Source: Truepera sp.
GTDB taxonomy: Bacteria; Deinococcota; Deinococci; Deinococcales; Trueperaceae
Reading direction: 5' to 3'
Length of the DNA: 64,000 nucleotides
NCBI GenBank assembly: GCA_965218435.1
Contig: CBDCKW010000009.1
Coordinates: forward strand, 2,848,001 to 2,912,000
Position 1 is the first letter of the stretch; every line of letters starts with the position of its first letter. The translations under genes and the position numbers were made by a program. Below, one piece after another: positions 27,471 to 36,809 of the stretch. The notes below the pieces were generated by a model. It ran no database searches. It had not been told where the DNA came from and saw only the letters and a list, made by a program, of their open reading frames with translations.

Positions 27471-27956
27471 ATGCGCCGAAACAACGTCATACTGTCACTG
27501 CTGTTTATCCTTGCGGGCTGCCTACCTACCACCCAAAGCGACGGCTATAAATATCAAACGGATATTGAAAGCCTTTACAACGCGGTTCAGTCCATCGCAC
27601 AAGATTTGGTAGACCAAACTGAGGGTTATAAACTCGAAATCCGGTCGTTTGACGCCTACACCAACCTCGTTATCGGTTTTAGTGCTCCCCAGTCAAGGGT
27701 AGACATACCCTTCTCAATTAACGGTGTTCCGGGCGGCAACATCCCAGTAAGTCTTAGTGGCAGAGGCGGCGAAATCACCTCTATATTCACTGCTACAGCA
27801 AATGATGAGGCAGCAGTAGATTTTTCCATACGTGACCCCAACAGACCGCGTAGAACATCTGAAGGGTCGTTTTATCAAGATAGGGTGCGAGATGCCGGAC
27901 GGCCCTTTGTCGAAGAGATTATCAGGCGTTTGGACGCTCAGTTTAAGCGACTGTAA
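27471..27956 (+). CDS. Lipoprotein (cargo)
   Basis: MRRNNVILSLLFILAGC lipobox. TAGAAT just before ATG 27471. Confidence 0.75.
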   Translation: MRRNNVILSLLFILAGCLPTTQSDGYKYQTDIESLYNAVQSIAQDLVDQTEGYKLEIRSFDAYTNLVIGFSAPQSRVDIPFSINGVPGGNIPVSLSGRGGEITSIFTATANDEAAVDFSIRDPNRPRRTSEGSFYQDRVRDAGRPFVEEIIRRLDAQFKRL

Positions 27957-27988
27957 AAAGACCGTCTGCATAGCTGCAAACATAGGCA

Positions 27989-28022
27989 GACCCCCGGTTC
28001 GTCACCGGGGGTCCTTCTTTCT
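27989..28022. terminator. Terminator hairpin between convergent genes
   Basis: GACCCCCGGT-TCGTC-ACCGGGGGTC followed by a T-rich tail. Confidence 0.7.
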
Positions 28023-28028
28023 TAAGTC

Positions 28029-28367
28029 CTAAGCCGCTTCTCTATAGCTTCCTGTCTCGAGCACTCTTACGCTATACTTTGCCAAATCCCACTCGAGCCG
28101 CGCTCCCTCAAACGCACACCGGGCCTCTGTCAGCGCGTCCTCAGCTTCAGCAAGCGCGGTGTACTCAGCACCCAGCTCGAGCCTAAGCTTAGCTGTCCGC
28201 TCCCGTTCGTTCTTACCATCAACGCCTTCACACGGCTTCAGGGCTTCACGCAGCTCGAGCCCGCGCTTGGCTTCAGCATGGGCTGTGACCGCGCCGCACA
28301 GGTTGATTTGAGCATCCTCTAAACCGTTCTTAGCGGCTGTCAGTTGAGATAAGAGAGGGGCAATCAT
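28029..28367 (-). CDS. Coiled-coil hypothetical protein
   Basis: ATG 28367 is ATGA-coupled to the upstream acidic ORF. Ala/Glu/Leu-rich helical sequence. Confidence 0.65.
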   Translation of the reverse strand: MIAPLLSQLTAAKNGLEDAQINLCGAVTAHAEAKRGLELREALKPCEGVDGKNERERTAKLRLELGAEYTALAEAEDALTEARCAFEGARLEWDLAKYSVRVLETGSYREAA

Positions 28368-28528
28368 GCCGCCTCTCCCCAAAAATCATAGTCAGGCAGC
28401 TCGTCTTGAATGATAGGGGGCAGCTCATCCTCTGCCCCGTCCTCTTCAGCCAGTTCTGCGTAAAGCGCCTGCAAATCCTCTTCACGGTCGCTATACATCT
28501 CGACATCGGCAAAGGTAAAGGGGCTCAT
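28364..28528 (-). CDS. 54-aa highly acidic protein (not in ORF track)
   Basis: MSPFTFADVEMYSDREEDLQALYAELAEEDGAEDELPPIIQDELPDYDFWGEAA. TAATG-coupled upstream, ATGA-coupled downstream. Confidence 0.72.
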   Translation of the reverse strand: MSPFTFADVEMYSDREEDLQALYAELAEEDGAEDELPPIIQDELPDYDFWGEAA

Positions 28529-28734
28529 TAAAGAGCCCTCGCTGCGACACGTACCGCTGCTTTAATCGTCGTGTGCTTGGAAACGCAGGTAAAGGTAGCG
28601 TCTAAAACCTCCCAGACCGTGCCCCAAGTTTGCAGCGTGCCGACCGTAACGCCGTTACGCTCTAAGTCATACGCCTTGACCGGGGTGCGGTAGCTTGCGC
28701 CGTCTTGCTTGTGGAGGGTGATGGTATTGTTCAC
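28528..28734 (-). CDS. Small hypothetical protein, first gene of the leftward operon
   Basis: 68-aa ORF downstream of a near-consensus promoter. Confidence 0.65.
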   Translation of the reverse strand: MNNTITLHKQDGASYRTPVKAYDLERNGVTVGTLQTWGTVWEVLDATFTCVSKHTTIKAAVRVAARAL

Positions 28735-28804
28735 GTTGAACCAACTTTCTCTGTGGGTTTTTAGAGGGCGCTCATCTTGGCGGGTGTACGTCCTCTAATG
28801 CCTT

Positions 28805-28833
28805 ATAGTATCATGTCTATAGACATATGTCAA
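28805..28833 (-). promoter_or_regulatory. Promoter TTGACA-N17-TACTAT with a palindromic operator
   Basis: -35 at 28833-28828, -10 at 28810-28805. Perfect palindrome ATGTCTATAGACAT (28813-28826) in the spacer, overlapping GACATATGTC. Confidence 0.75.
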
Positions 28834-28875
28834 CATTTGTGCTATTATCGTAATTAAGAACAGGGAGGTGCTAAC

Positions 28876-29127
28876 ATGACGGCGATGCCGCTCAAATGGA
28901 AAGTTAGACCGCTGTTAGATTCGCACGGGGTTACGCCCTACCGCCTCATGGTGCAATCGGGTTTGTCTCGAGCTGTCACCTACGCCATAGCGAACGGAAC
29001 GCACACCGCGCTCGACTCCGGGGTGATAGACAAACTGATTCCGGCGTTGCGTGAATTGACCCGGAACGAAGGGTTACAGATTGGCGACGTAGTAGAGTAC
29101 GCGCCTTCAAAGAGTGGGGAGGCGTAG
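28876..29127 (+). CDS. Cro/CI-type HTH regulator
   Basis: VRPLLDSHGVTPYRLMVQSGLSRAVTYAIANG. GGAGG RBS. Directly upstream of the integrase. Confidence 0.8.
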   Translation: MTAMPLKWKVRPLLDSHGVTPYRLMVQSGLSRAVTYAIANGTHTALDSGVIDKLIPALRELTRNEGLQIGDVVEYAPSKSGEA

Positions 29128-29129
29128 CG

Positions 29130-30281
29130 ATGCCAAGACGTAAAAGTTCAAGACGCGGACGCGGTGAGGGTACGGTGTTTGAACGTGCAAACGGCACCTG
29201 GGCCGGTGAGGTCACAACCGGGTATGACGAGCACGGTAAACAGAAGCGCAAGACAATCTACGGCAAAACGCAGGCTGAAGCCCTGGCTAAGCTGGCAGAG
29301 GTCAAGCAGCGGTTAGCAAACGGCACTTATACCGACACTAAGCTCACCGTAAAGGAATACCTAAAGCGTTGGAAAGACGAAAAAGCACGGCATGTCAAAC
29401 CGAGCACGGTAGATACCTATGACCGCCTTATAGAGAAGCACATCACTAAGAAGCTAGGCCGCAAGAATCTCGACAAGGTGACGCCCCTTGACGTGCAAAC
29501 GCTTATGGGTGAACTGGCAGACAGCACCGGGATAAGAACCGCGAACGCTGTACGCACGCTGCTCTTCAGCGCCTATAAACAGGCTATCCGCTGGCAACTC
29601 GTCAGCCGGAACCCGGTAGAGGCCACCGACCCACTACGGGCAAACCGTAAGGATATGGAACTCTGGACAGGCGCACAGGCCGCGCACTTTCTCGACACCG
29701 CACGCCCTCACCGCCTTTTTGCCGCGTTCTATCTCGTGATGGCGACCGGCCTACGCCGTGGGGAGTTGCTAGGGCTACGTTGGGCCGACATATCCGAGCG
29801 AGAGCTATACATAAGGCAACAGCTCACCTACCGTAAAGGCGCGTTCGTTTTCACGCCACCTAAGACCGCACAGGGCACCCGGCGCATTGCTATCACCCCA
29901 GATGTGTACGCAGTACTCGAGGCTCACCGGAAAGCGCAAGAAGCGCAGCGTGCGGGCATGGTTGGGCTGTGGCCTGATACCGGGCTCGTGTTCGTCTCTG
30001 AAGCCGGAACGCCGATACACCCCCGCAACTTTGAACGCTCGTGGGGACAGCTCAAAAAAGCCGCTAAGATGACGGACGCCCGTCTACACGACTTGAGACA
30101 CTTGCACGTCTCGCTACTCGTGAAGCAAGGCATAGACCCCCAAGCGATAGCCGACCGGGTAGGCCATACCGACGCCTCGTTTACCTTGCGGCGCTACTCG
30201 CATATGTTTGAAGAGCACCGGGAGCGTACTGCGATTAGCTTAGATGTGCTGCTAGGTAGACAGAGCACCGGAACGAACTAA
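29130..30281 (+). CDS. Tyrosine recombinase / phage integrase
   Basis: Catalytic residues TGLRRGELLGL, PKT, HDLRH, VGH, YSH are all present. N-terminal arm-binding region GEGTVFER. Confidence 0.95.
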   Translation: MPRRKSSRRGRGEGTVFERANGTWAGEVTTGYDEHGKQKRKTIYGKTQAEALAKLAEVKQRLANGTYTDTKLTVKEYLKRWKDEKARHVKPSTVDTYDRLIEKHITKKLGRKNLDKVTPLDVQTLMGELADSTGIRTANAVRTLLFSAYKQAIRWQLVSRNPVEATDPLRANRKDMELWTGAQAAHFLDTARPHRLFAAFYLVMATGLRRGELLGLRWADISERELYIRQQLTYRKGAFVFTPPKTAQGTRRIAITPDVYAVLEAHRKAQEAQRAGMVGLWPDTGLVFVSEAGTPIHPRNFERSWGQLKKAAKMTDARLHDLRHLHVSLLVKQGIDPQAIADRVGHTDASFTLRRYSHMFEEHRERTAISLDVLLGRQSTGTN

Positions 30282-30378
30282 AAATCCTGTAGGTGCAAAT
30301 AAGGTGCAAACCCGGCTCTAAGGAGATAGCCCCCGCTAAGTGCGAGGGCTTCTTTTTGCGTCTCTGACTGTATTTCTC

Positions 30379-30455
<77 letters not shown>

Positions 30456-30538
30456 GGACACTGCTCGGCTCGAGTGCTCGAACTCTAAGATGCTAACACA
30501 AATCGCACGTCTGTAAAGGCGTACATGCCGCCCTTTGG

Positions 30539-31456
30539 TTAGCCCAGATAAAGATAACCCACATAAAAGACGTAGAGCACCAATAGCAACACCCCTTCAC
30601 GCCTTCCTAACCGTAACCCGGTAAGTAGAAGCGGGAGCAGCAGCAAGCTGAGCCCGACCATCAACCAGAGGTTGAGCGCGACTGCGCGGTAGGCGATGTG
30701 AATGGGCCTAACTAGAGCGGTCGCGCCGAGGATAAAAAGGACGTTAAAGATGTTTGAACCGACGACGTTGCCGAGCGCGATATCGGGTTCGCGTCTCAAG
30801 GCAGCGATTCCAGCAGTGGCTAGTTCCGGAAGACTTGTTCCGACAGCGACGAGCGTCAGGCCAATCACGAGTTCCGGTACGCCGAAGCTCCGGGCCAGCG
30901 AGGTTGCGCCGCTGACGAGGAGTTGAGCACCGCCGACGAGGAGGCCGAGACCTAAGAGCGCCCCTAAGTTACTTACCCAGAGAGGTCTCGAGCTTACGTC
31001 CGACTGTTCCCCAACAGATTCGCGGCGGCTTAGCAGCACCCAGAGGTAGCCGCCCAAACATACGAGGAGCAACCCTCCGTCTACACGGCTCAGGGTGCCG
31101 TCGAGTAAGAGCAGCGGGAGCAGCGCCGCCGAACCGATCATCACCGGAAGTTCGCGGCGCAAAAAAGGTTTTTGGGTTTGGAGCGGATAGATCAGCGCCG
31201 TTACGCCGAGAATCAGGGCAATATTGGCGACGTTGGAACCGATGACGTTCCCTAGCGCAAGTTCAGGCGCGCCGCGCAGCGCCGCCGTAATACTTGCGGC
31301 AAGTTCAGGAGCCGAGGTGCCGAGCGCCACCACGGTGAGGCCGATGACGAGCGAGCTAACCCCCCAACGCCGCGCCAGGAGGCTCGAGTTGTCCACCAGT
31401 AAATTACCGCCAAAATAAAGCAGCACGATACCCAAAATAACAAAAACGACGTTCAC
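30539..31456 (-). CDS. Ca2+/Na+ antiporter (YrbG family)
   Basis: Two alpha repeats GTSAPEL...GSNVANI and GTSLPEL...GSNIFN. Confidence 0.92.
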   Translation of the reverse strand: MNVVFVILGIVLLYFGGNLLVDNSSLLARRWGVSSLVIGLTVVALGTSAPELAASITAALRGAPELALGNVIGSNVANIALILGVTALIYPLQTQKPFLRRELPVMIGSAALLPLLLLDGTLSRVDGGLLLVCLGGYLWVLLSRRESVGEQSDVSSRPLWVSNLGALLGLGLLVGGAQLLVSGATSLARSFGVPELVIGLTLVAVGTSLPELATAGIAALRREPDIALGNVVGSNIFNVLFILGATALVRPIHIAYRAVALNLWLMVGLSLLLLPLLLTGLRLGRREGVLLLVLYVFYVGYLYLG

Positions 31457-31706
31457 AAGGTTACCTTAACGCAGATATTTGGTGAGCTGAACGCGCGGCC
31501 AAGCTACCGAGCGACCCAGATCGGCTTTGGCTAGCTCGAGAAACCTAACGAGTTGCGCAAAACTTACTCGTGGATAGCAACCCTCTTACAAATGGTGTAG
31601 CCGCACGGCTAAAAACAGTCCGTGCCAGCAAAACTTTGTCAACGTTTCTGCAAACGTCACAGTCAGCTGATGTAAGTCTCACCCCGCGCTTTGCTATAGT
31701 GAGCCT

Positions 31707-34061
31707 GTGAAGGTGCTTAAGGGAATCTTTTTGCTGTTTTTAACCGTCGTGCTCGCAGTTGTGGCGCTCCTCGGCGCGTCGGCGTTTAAGTGGGCGAGTG
31801 AGCTGCCGCCGGTCGGTGAGATCGAAAAGCTCGAGTACACCGCAACGTCGCAGTTTTTTGACACGAACGGTCAGGTGATCGGCGAGATTTTGCCCGTTGC
31901 CGGGGTCGGCGGCCCGACCACCAACCGCACCGTGGTCACCTTGGACCGGGTTGCGCCGCCGGTTTTGTGGGCCATTATCTCGTCTGAAGACGACGGCTTT
32001 TTTCAGCACTACGGCTTCGACCTCCCCGCGCTCCTCAAAGCAACGTACGAAGAGTTTTTAGGCGGCGGCGGGCGCGGCGGTTCAACCCTGACGACCCAGG
32101 TTGTCAAAAATACGCTGCTGACCAACCTCGCCGACGAACGCTCGCTTGAACGCAAGATCAAAGAGATGATGCTCGCCGTTGAACTCGAGCGCCGCCTGAC
32201 CAAAGCCGAAATCTTACAGCAGTACTTAAACGTCGTCTACTGGGGCAAAAACTTTTACGGCATCCACGCGGCGGCGCAGGCATATTTTGGCAAAGACCCG
32301 CTCGAGCTGACCCTCGCTGAAGGGCTCTATTTAGCCCGCCTCTTGCCCGCGCCCGAACCCAACTACGAAGACTTTACGGCGACCCGGCAGGCGATGAAAA
32401 ACGTGCTCGCCAATATGGTCGAGCACGGCGTCGTCTCGCAAGCTGCGGCGGATCGGGCGTGGCGGCAACCCATTGAACCGACCGGCTGGCGAGTTCGTTA
32501 CGACGGACGGGGCGAAATGATCGGTCAGCCCGAGCGCACCAAGGTTCAACCGCGCGTTTCGACAACGGTCGCGTCCAACCTCGGCAGTAACGTCGCGTTT
32601 GCGGTGCGCAATGAGGTTCAAAAACACTTGCCCGGTCAGCTTTCTCGCGCAGGCGGTCTACGTATCTATACGACAATTGACTCGCAGGCACAAAAGGCAG
32701 CGAACCGCGTCGCACAGAACAAAAACGGTTACGTCCCCGAAGGCGCGCAGATGGCGCTGGTCAGTATTGACCCGAAAACCGGCGGTATCTTGGCGATGGT
32801 CGGCGGGCGGCTCGACACGGCGCAGGGCGGCGACACCTTTAACCGCGCGATGAGCGCCAAGCGGCAACCGGGCAGCTCGTTTAAGCCGATTGTCGTGGCT
32901 ACCGCTTTAGAGCAGGGCGGTTATACGCAGGCGACACTCCTATCGGACAATAAAACGACCTTTGACGACCCCGGTCAAGCGCCGTGGACCCCGCGCAACC
33001 ACGACGATACCTTTGACGGCATCAAAACGCTCCGCAGCCACCTAGATAGAAGCCGCAACATCCCGATGGTTAAACTTGCCGAGGCAGTGACGCCGCAAGC
33101 TGTGGTCACCCGCGCGACACAACTGGGCTATGATGTCCTCCCGGTTCCGGCGATTGCGCTCGGCTCATTTGAAGTGACCCCGGAAAAACACGCCGCCGCG
33201 CTTGCCGCCTTTGCCAACGGAGGCGTTTACATCGAACCGCACCTGATCAAAAAGGTCACCGACGCCGAAGGTAACGTGCTCTACGAGGCCGAACCGCTTC
33301 ACACGAAAGTCTGGAGCAGTGCGACGGCGTATCTGATGCTCGACTTGCTCCGGGGTAACGTCGTTGACAAGAATCCCGTTGGTTTCTCCAACCGTGCCGC
33401 AATCGAAGGGCGCTGGGTCGGCGGCAAGACCGGCACCACCAACGACGAACACGATATCTGGTTTGTCGGCCTGACACCGGAAGCGGTCTCAGCGGTCTGG
33501 ATCGGTTATGACGCTCCGAAGAGTCTACCTAAAGCGACGCCGGACGGCGAGCTGATCAACTCGTCGCGGCAGCCCATCTGGGTTTGGAAACAGTTTGCGG
33601 AGGAGGCGTTCGCTGGCCGCGCGGCAAGGCCGTGGCAAGCGCCGCCGAACATCATGTTTGAGCGTGTTGACCTCTCGACCGGGGTCCCGAGCGCCCAGGG
33701 AACGCGCGTTGCGTTTGTCCGGGGGACGCAGCCGGGGGCTAGGGGTCAACAGGTGGCAAGTTACCTCAATATCACCATTCCGGTAGATACCCGTACCAAC
33801 AAACGAGCGACAGCCGAAACGCCGCAAGAGGACCTCGAGTGGCGCGAAATCAGTCCGAGCGAAGTGCAGCAGTTTGCCCTGCCGCTACCCCAAGGTGCGG
33901 CGTTGACCCAGGGACAAACCGGGCAGCAGACACAGGGGCAAAACGGACAAACAGGGCAAGCGCAAACTGCTGGGCAAGGAAACACAGGGAGTTCACAACC
34001 CGACCCCAACGCACCTGCTGGCGATAACAACGGCGTCGGCTGGCTCGACTGGCGCAACTAG
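31707..34061 (+). CDS. Class A penicillin-binding protein (PBP1A-like)
   Basis: Transglycosylase EDDGFFQH, GGSTLTTQVVKN, RKIKE. Transpeptidase SSFK, SRN, KTG. Confidence 0.93.
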   Translation: MKVLKGIFLLFLTVVLAVVALLGASAFKWASELPPVGEIEKLEYTATSQFFDTNGQVIGEILPVAGVGGPTTNRTVVTLDRVAPPVLWAIISSEDDGFFQHYGFDLPALLKATYEEFLGGGGRGGSTLTTQVVKNTLLTNLADERSLERKIKEMMLAVELERRLTKAEILQQYLNVVYWGKNFYGIHAAAQAYFGKDPLELTLAEGLYLARLLPAPEPNYEDFTATRQAMKNVLANMVEHGVVSQAAADRAWRQPIEPTGWRVRYDGRGEMIGQPERTKVQPRVSTTVASNLGSNVAFAVRNEVQKHLPGQLSRAGGLRIYTTIDSQAQKAANRVAQNKNGYVPEGAQMALVSIDPKTGGILAMVGGRLDTAQGGDTFNRAMSAKRQPGSSFKPIVVATALEQGGYTQATLLSDNKTTFDDPGQAPWTPRNHDDTFDGIKTLRSHLDRSRNIPMVKLAEAVTPQAVVTRATQLGYDVLPVPAIALGSFEVTPEKHAAALAAFANGGVYIEPHLIKKVTDAEGNVLYEAEPLHTKVWSSATAYLMLDLLRGNVVDKNPVGFSNRAAIEGRWVGGKTGTTNDEHDIWFVGLTPEAVSAVWIGYDAPKSLPKATPDGELINSSRQPIWVWKQFAEEAFAGRAARPWQAPPNIMFERVDLSTGVPSAQGTRVAFVRGTQPGARGQQVASYLNITIPVDTRTNKRATAETPQEDLEWREISPSEVQQFALPLPQGAALTQGQTGQQTQGQNGQTGQAQTAGQGNTGSSQPDPNAPAGDNNGVGWLDWRN

Positions 34062-34066
34062 CACGC

Positions 34067-34990
34067 GTGACTCTAACAGCAGTTTCCGGTATTCGGGTGG
34101 GTCATTGGCGAGACGTTACAGCGCAAACCGGGTGTACGGTTGTCCTTTGCCCTGAACCGGGTTGCGTCGCCTCGGGAGATGTACGCGGCAGTGCGCCGGG
34201 AACGCGAGAGACGGCGCTGCTAGAACCAGAAAAAACGGTGCAACAAGTTCAGGCTGTACTTTTGACGGGCGGCAGCGCGTTTGGGCTCGGGGCGGCGGCT
34301 GGTGTGATGCGTTACCTCGAGGAGCGTGGACTGGGTTTCGCTACGCCGTTCGGCGCAGTGCCTATCGTTCCGGCAGCGGCGCTCTATGACCTCAGCCGAG
34401 GCAATCCAAAGGTTCGCCCCGACGCCGAAGCCGGTTACCGGGCTTGTAAAGCAGCTACGACCGAACCTGTGCAGCAAGGCCGAGTGAGAGCAGGCGCAGG
34501 CGCAAGTTGCGGTAAATATTTAGGTTTCGAGCGGGCACAGGTCAGTGGATTGGGAAGCGCGTCCGCACAGGTCGGCGGCGCGGTTGTCGCCGCGCTCGTG
34601 GTCGCCAATCCGGTCGGTGACATCGTAGACCCGAATACGGGTCAGGTCATTGCCGGGGTCGCGGGTGAAACGGGGTCTTATCTGGAGCGGTTTACCCGGG
34701 CCCCCTTTGACCCGGCTGATACTGACATCGCTGGCAGTAACACCACGCTCGTGGTCGTCGCTACCGACGCGCCGATCAGCAAAGCCGAGGCTAAAGCTCT
34801 AGCAGGGAGCGCCCACATCGGGATCACTCGGGTGACGCGGCCCTCGCACACCGTTTCAGACGGCGACACCGCGTTTTGCCTGAGCACGGGCACCGGCCCA
34901 CAAGTTCCGTTGATGCTTCTCTCAGTTGCCGTACAAGAGGTTGTCGCAGAGGCGATCTTACGTGGGGTAAGAGCCGCACACGAGGACTGA
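34067..34990 (+). CDS. P1/S58-family peptidase (DmpA-like)
   Basis: GSAPGTRET, LTGGSAFGL, NTTL, HTVSDGD. Confidence 0.88.
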   Translation: MTLTAVSGIRVGHWRDVTAQTGCTVVLCPEPGCVASGDVRGSAPGTRETALLEPEKTVQQVQAVLLTGGSAFGLGAAAGVMRYLEERGLGFATPFGAVPIVPAAALYDLSRGNPKVRPDAEAGYRACKAATTEPVQQGRVRAGAGASCGKYLGFERAQVSGLGSASAQVGGAVVAALVVANPVGDIVDPNTGQVIAGVAGETGSYLERFTRAPFDPADTDIAGSNTTLVVVATDAPISKAEAKALAGSAHIGITRVTRPSHTVSDGDTAFCLSTGTGPQVPLMLLSVAVQEVVAEAILRGVRAAHED

Positions 34991-35023
34991 GTTTACATTT
35001 GAGTGACGTGTCATGATGTGACT

Positions 35024-35593
35024 ATGAAGGTCGGGGTTTTGGCTCTGCAAGGGGCATTTCGGGAACATAAACAGGTTTTGGAGCGGCTCGGCGCAGACGT
35101 GACCGAGGTACGACTACCGGCACAGCTCAGCGGTCTTGCAGGTATCATCATCCCCGGCGGCGAATCTACCACGATGGTTAAACTCATGCAGCTTTACGGG
35201 TTGGACAGGGCGCTTAAAGACTTTTACAGCGGGGGTGGCGCGGTTTGGGGCACCTGCGCCGGAGCGATTGCGATTGCTCGAGACGTTGCCGGACGACCCG
35301 AGCAACCGCGCTTGGGTTTGTTAGACATCGAGGTCGCCCGTAACGATTACGGGCGGCAAGTGGCGTCGTTTGAAACCGAGTTAGACGTCGAGGGATTTAC
35401 AAGTCCCTTTCATGCTGTCTTTATCCGCGCACCCCGAATTATCCACGTCGGCCCGGATATCGAGGTGCTGGCCAGCTACCAAAATGACCCGGTGATGGTG
35501 ACTCGAGACCGTCTTTTAGCTACCGTCTTTCACCCTGAACTCTCCGGCGACGACCGCGTTCATAAACGGTTTCTAACCCTATCAGGCAGCTGA
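35024..35593 (+). CDS. pdxT: PLP synthase glutaminase subunit
   Basis: GVLALQGAFREH, PGGESTT, GTCAG, FIRAP, FHPE. Confidence 0.95.
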   Translation: MKVGVLALQGAFREHKQVLERLGADVTEVRLPAQLSGLAGIIIPGGESTTMVKLMQLYGLDRALKDFYSGGGAVWGTCAGAIAIARDVAGRPEQPRLGLLDIEVARNDYGRQVASFETELDVEGFTSPFHAVFIRAPRIIHVGPDIEVLASYQNDPVMVTRDRLLATVFHPELSGDDRVHKRFLTLSGS

Positions 35594-35714
35594 GTTTGGC
35601 TAAACGCAAGTAGTAGGAAGTAAGGAGCAAGAATCAGAAAGGTTTTCTCATACTAAGATTTAGGCGTGTAACACGAAGATAAAAGCATTTCTTAAACCTT
35701 TCAATATAACTTGG

Positions 35715-35921
35715 TCAGCGTCTACTCAGGCGTTCGTTGCCCCGTTTGAAGTTTCCTGTCACCCGTTGCAACGCCTTTTGCACACTTTGGTTATCAGCTT
35801 TCGAGAGTTCAGCAGCAAGCTTGTCTCCGCGCACGCCGCCCAACGTCATGACGCAGCGTCCTTCCCAAAAGATACGCACTCCCCTTTTGGTAAGTTGGTA
35901 AGCGAATACCTCGTGACCCAT
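35715..35921 (-). CDS. Small hypothetical protein
   Basis: Leaderless TAGACT-N6-ATG. C-terminal TGNFKRGNER. Confidence 0.6.
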   Translation of the reverse strand: MGHEVFAYQLTKRGVRIFWEGRCVMTLGGVRGDKLAAELSKADNQSVQKALQRVTGNFKRGNERLSRR

Positions 35922-36062
35922 ACCGCCAGTCTAACGCTCTCAGCTAAGCACAAATCCGAACGAGGCGGCGCTCTCTGCAAATGCGTCTATTAGACCGTCG
36001 GACTCAGCTGTTATAGTGGTCGGCGGACGCGCTTTAGGCGCACGTGAACCTTTAGGAGCTTT

Positions 36063-36599
36063 ATGAAATACTATCAACTACCCGCTGGACGCAACGTCCC
36101 TGAAGTCTTAAACGCAGTCATCGAAGTGCCGAAAAACAGCTCGAACAAGTACGAGTACGACGCTGAATTTGACGTGATGCGGCTCGACCGCGTGCTTTAC
36201 AGCGCCATGCACTACCCCGGCGACTACGGCTTTATCCCGAGCACCCTGGCCGAAGACGGTGACCCGCTCGATGTCGTAGTTCTGATTGGCGCACCGAGTT
36301 TTCCGGGTGTCGTTTTAGATGTGCGGCCGATCGGATTTTTAGAAATGACCGACGACAAGGGCCGTGACCAAAAGATTTTGGCTGTGCCTGTCTACGACCC
36401 ACGTTTTGAGCAGCACACTTCGCTCAAAGATGTCGGCGAGCACTATCTTAAAGAAGTCGCCAACTTTTTTGAAGTGTATAAGCAGCTCGAGAATAAAGAG
36501 ACCCAAATCGAGGACTGGCACGATGTGGACGAGGCGCACACGCTTATTCAAGAGTGCATCGAGCGGTATAAAAAAGACAAAGGCAGTATCGAGCAGTAG
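36063..36599 (+). CDS. ppa: Inorganic pyrophosphatase (family I)
   Basis: KYEYD, YGFIP, DGDPLD, DQKILAV. Confidence 0.95.
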   Translation: MKYYQLPAGRNVPEVLNAVIEVPKNSSNKYEYDAEFDVMRLDRVLYSAMHYPGDYGFIPSTLAEDGDPLDVVVLIGAPSFPGVVLDVRPIGFLEMTDDKGRDQKILAVPVYDPRFEQHTSLKDVGEHYLKEVANFFEVYKQLENKETQIEDWHDVDEAHTLIQECIERYKKDKGSIEQ

Positions 36600-36613
36600 C
36601 AGCAGACTTTCTA

Positions 36614-36643
36614 AAAAGCCTCACACGATGTTGTGAGGCTTTT
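36614..36643. terminator. Bidirectional-type terminator after ppa
   Basis: AAAAAGCCTCACA...TGTGAGGCTTTTT. Confidence 0.8.
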
Positions 36644-36809
36644 TGCGTTCAGGGACGCGGTATATCGGCGAGACACCTCATAAGAACTTGGCGGTTCAGA
36701 CCTTAATCCATCCGTCACAAAACGGTCACAACTGAGGGCTAAAACTTGGATTTGAGCGTTGCTCACCTAACACCGCCCCAAGTTTTGGGGCATATCAACG
36801 GAGGCCGTT

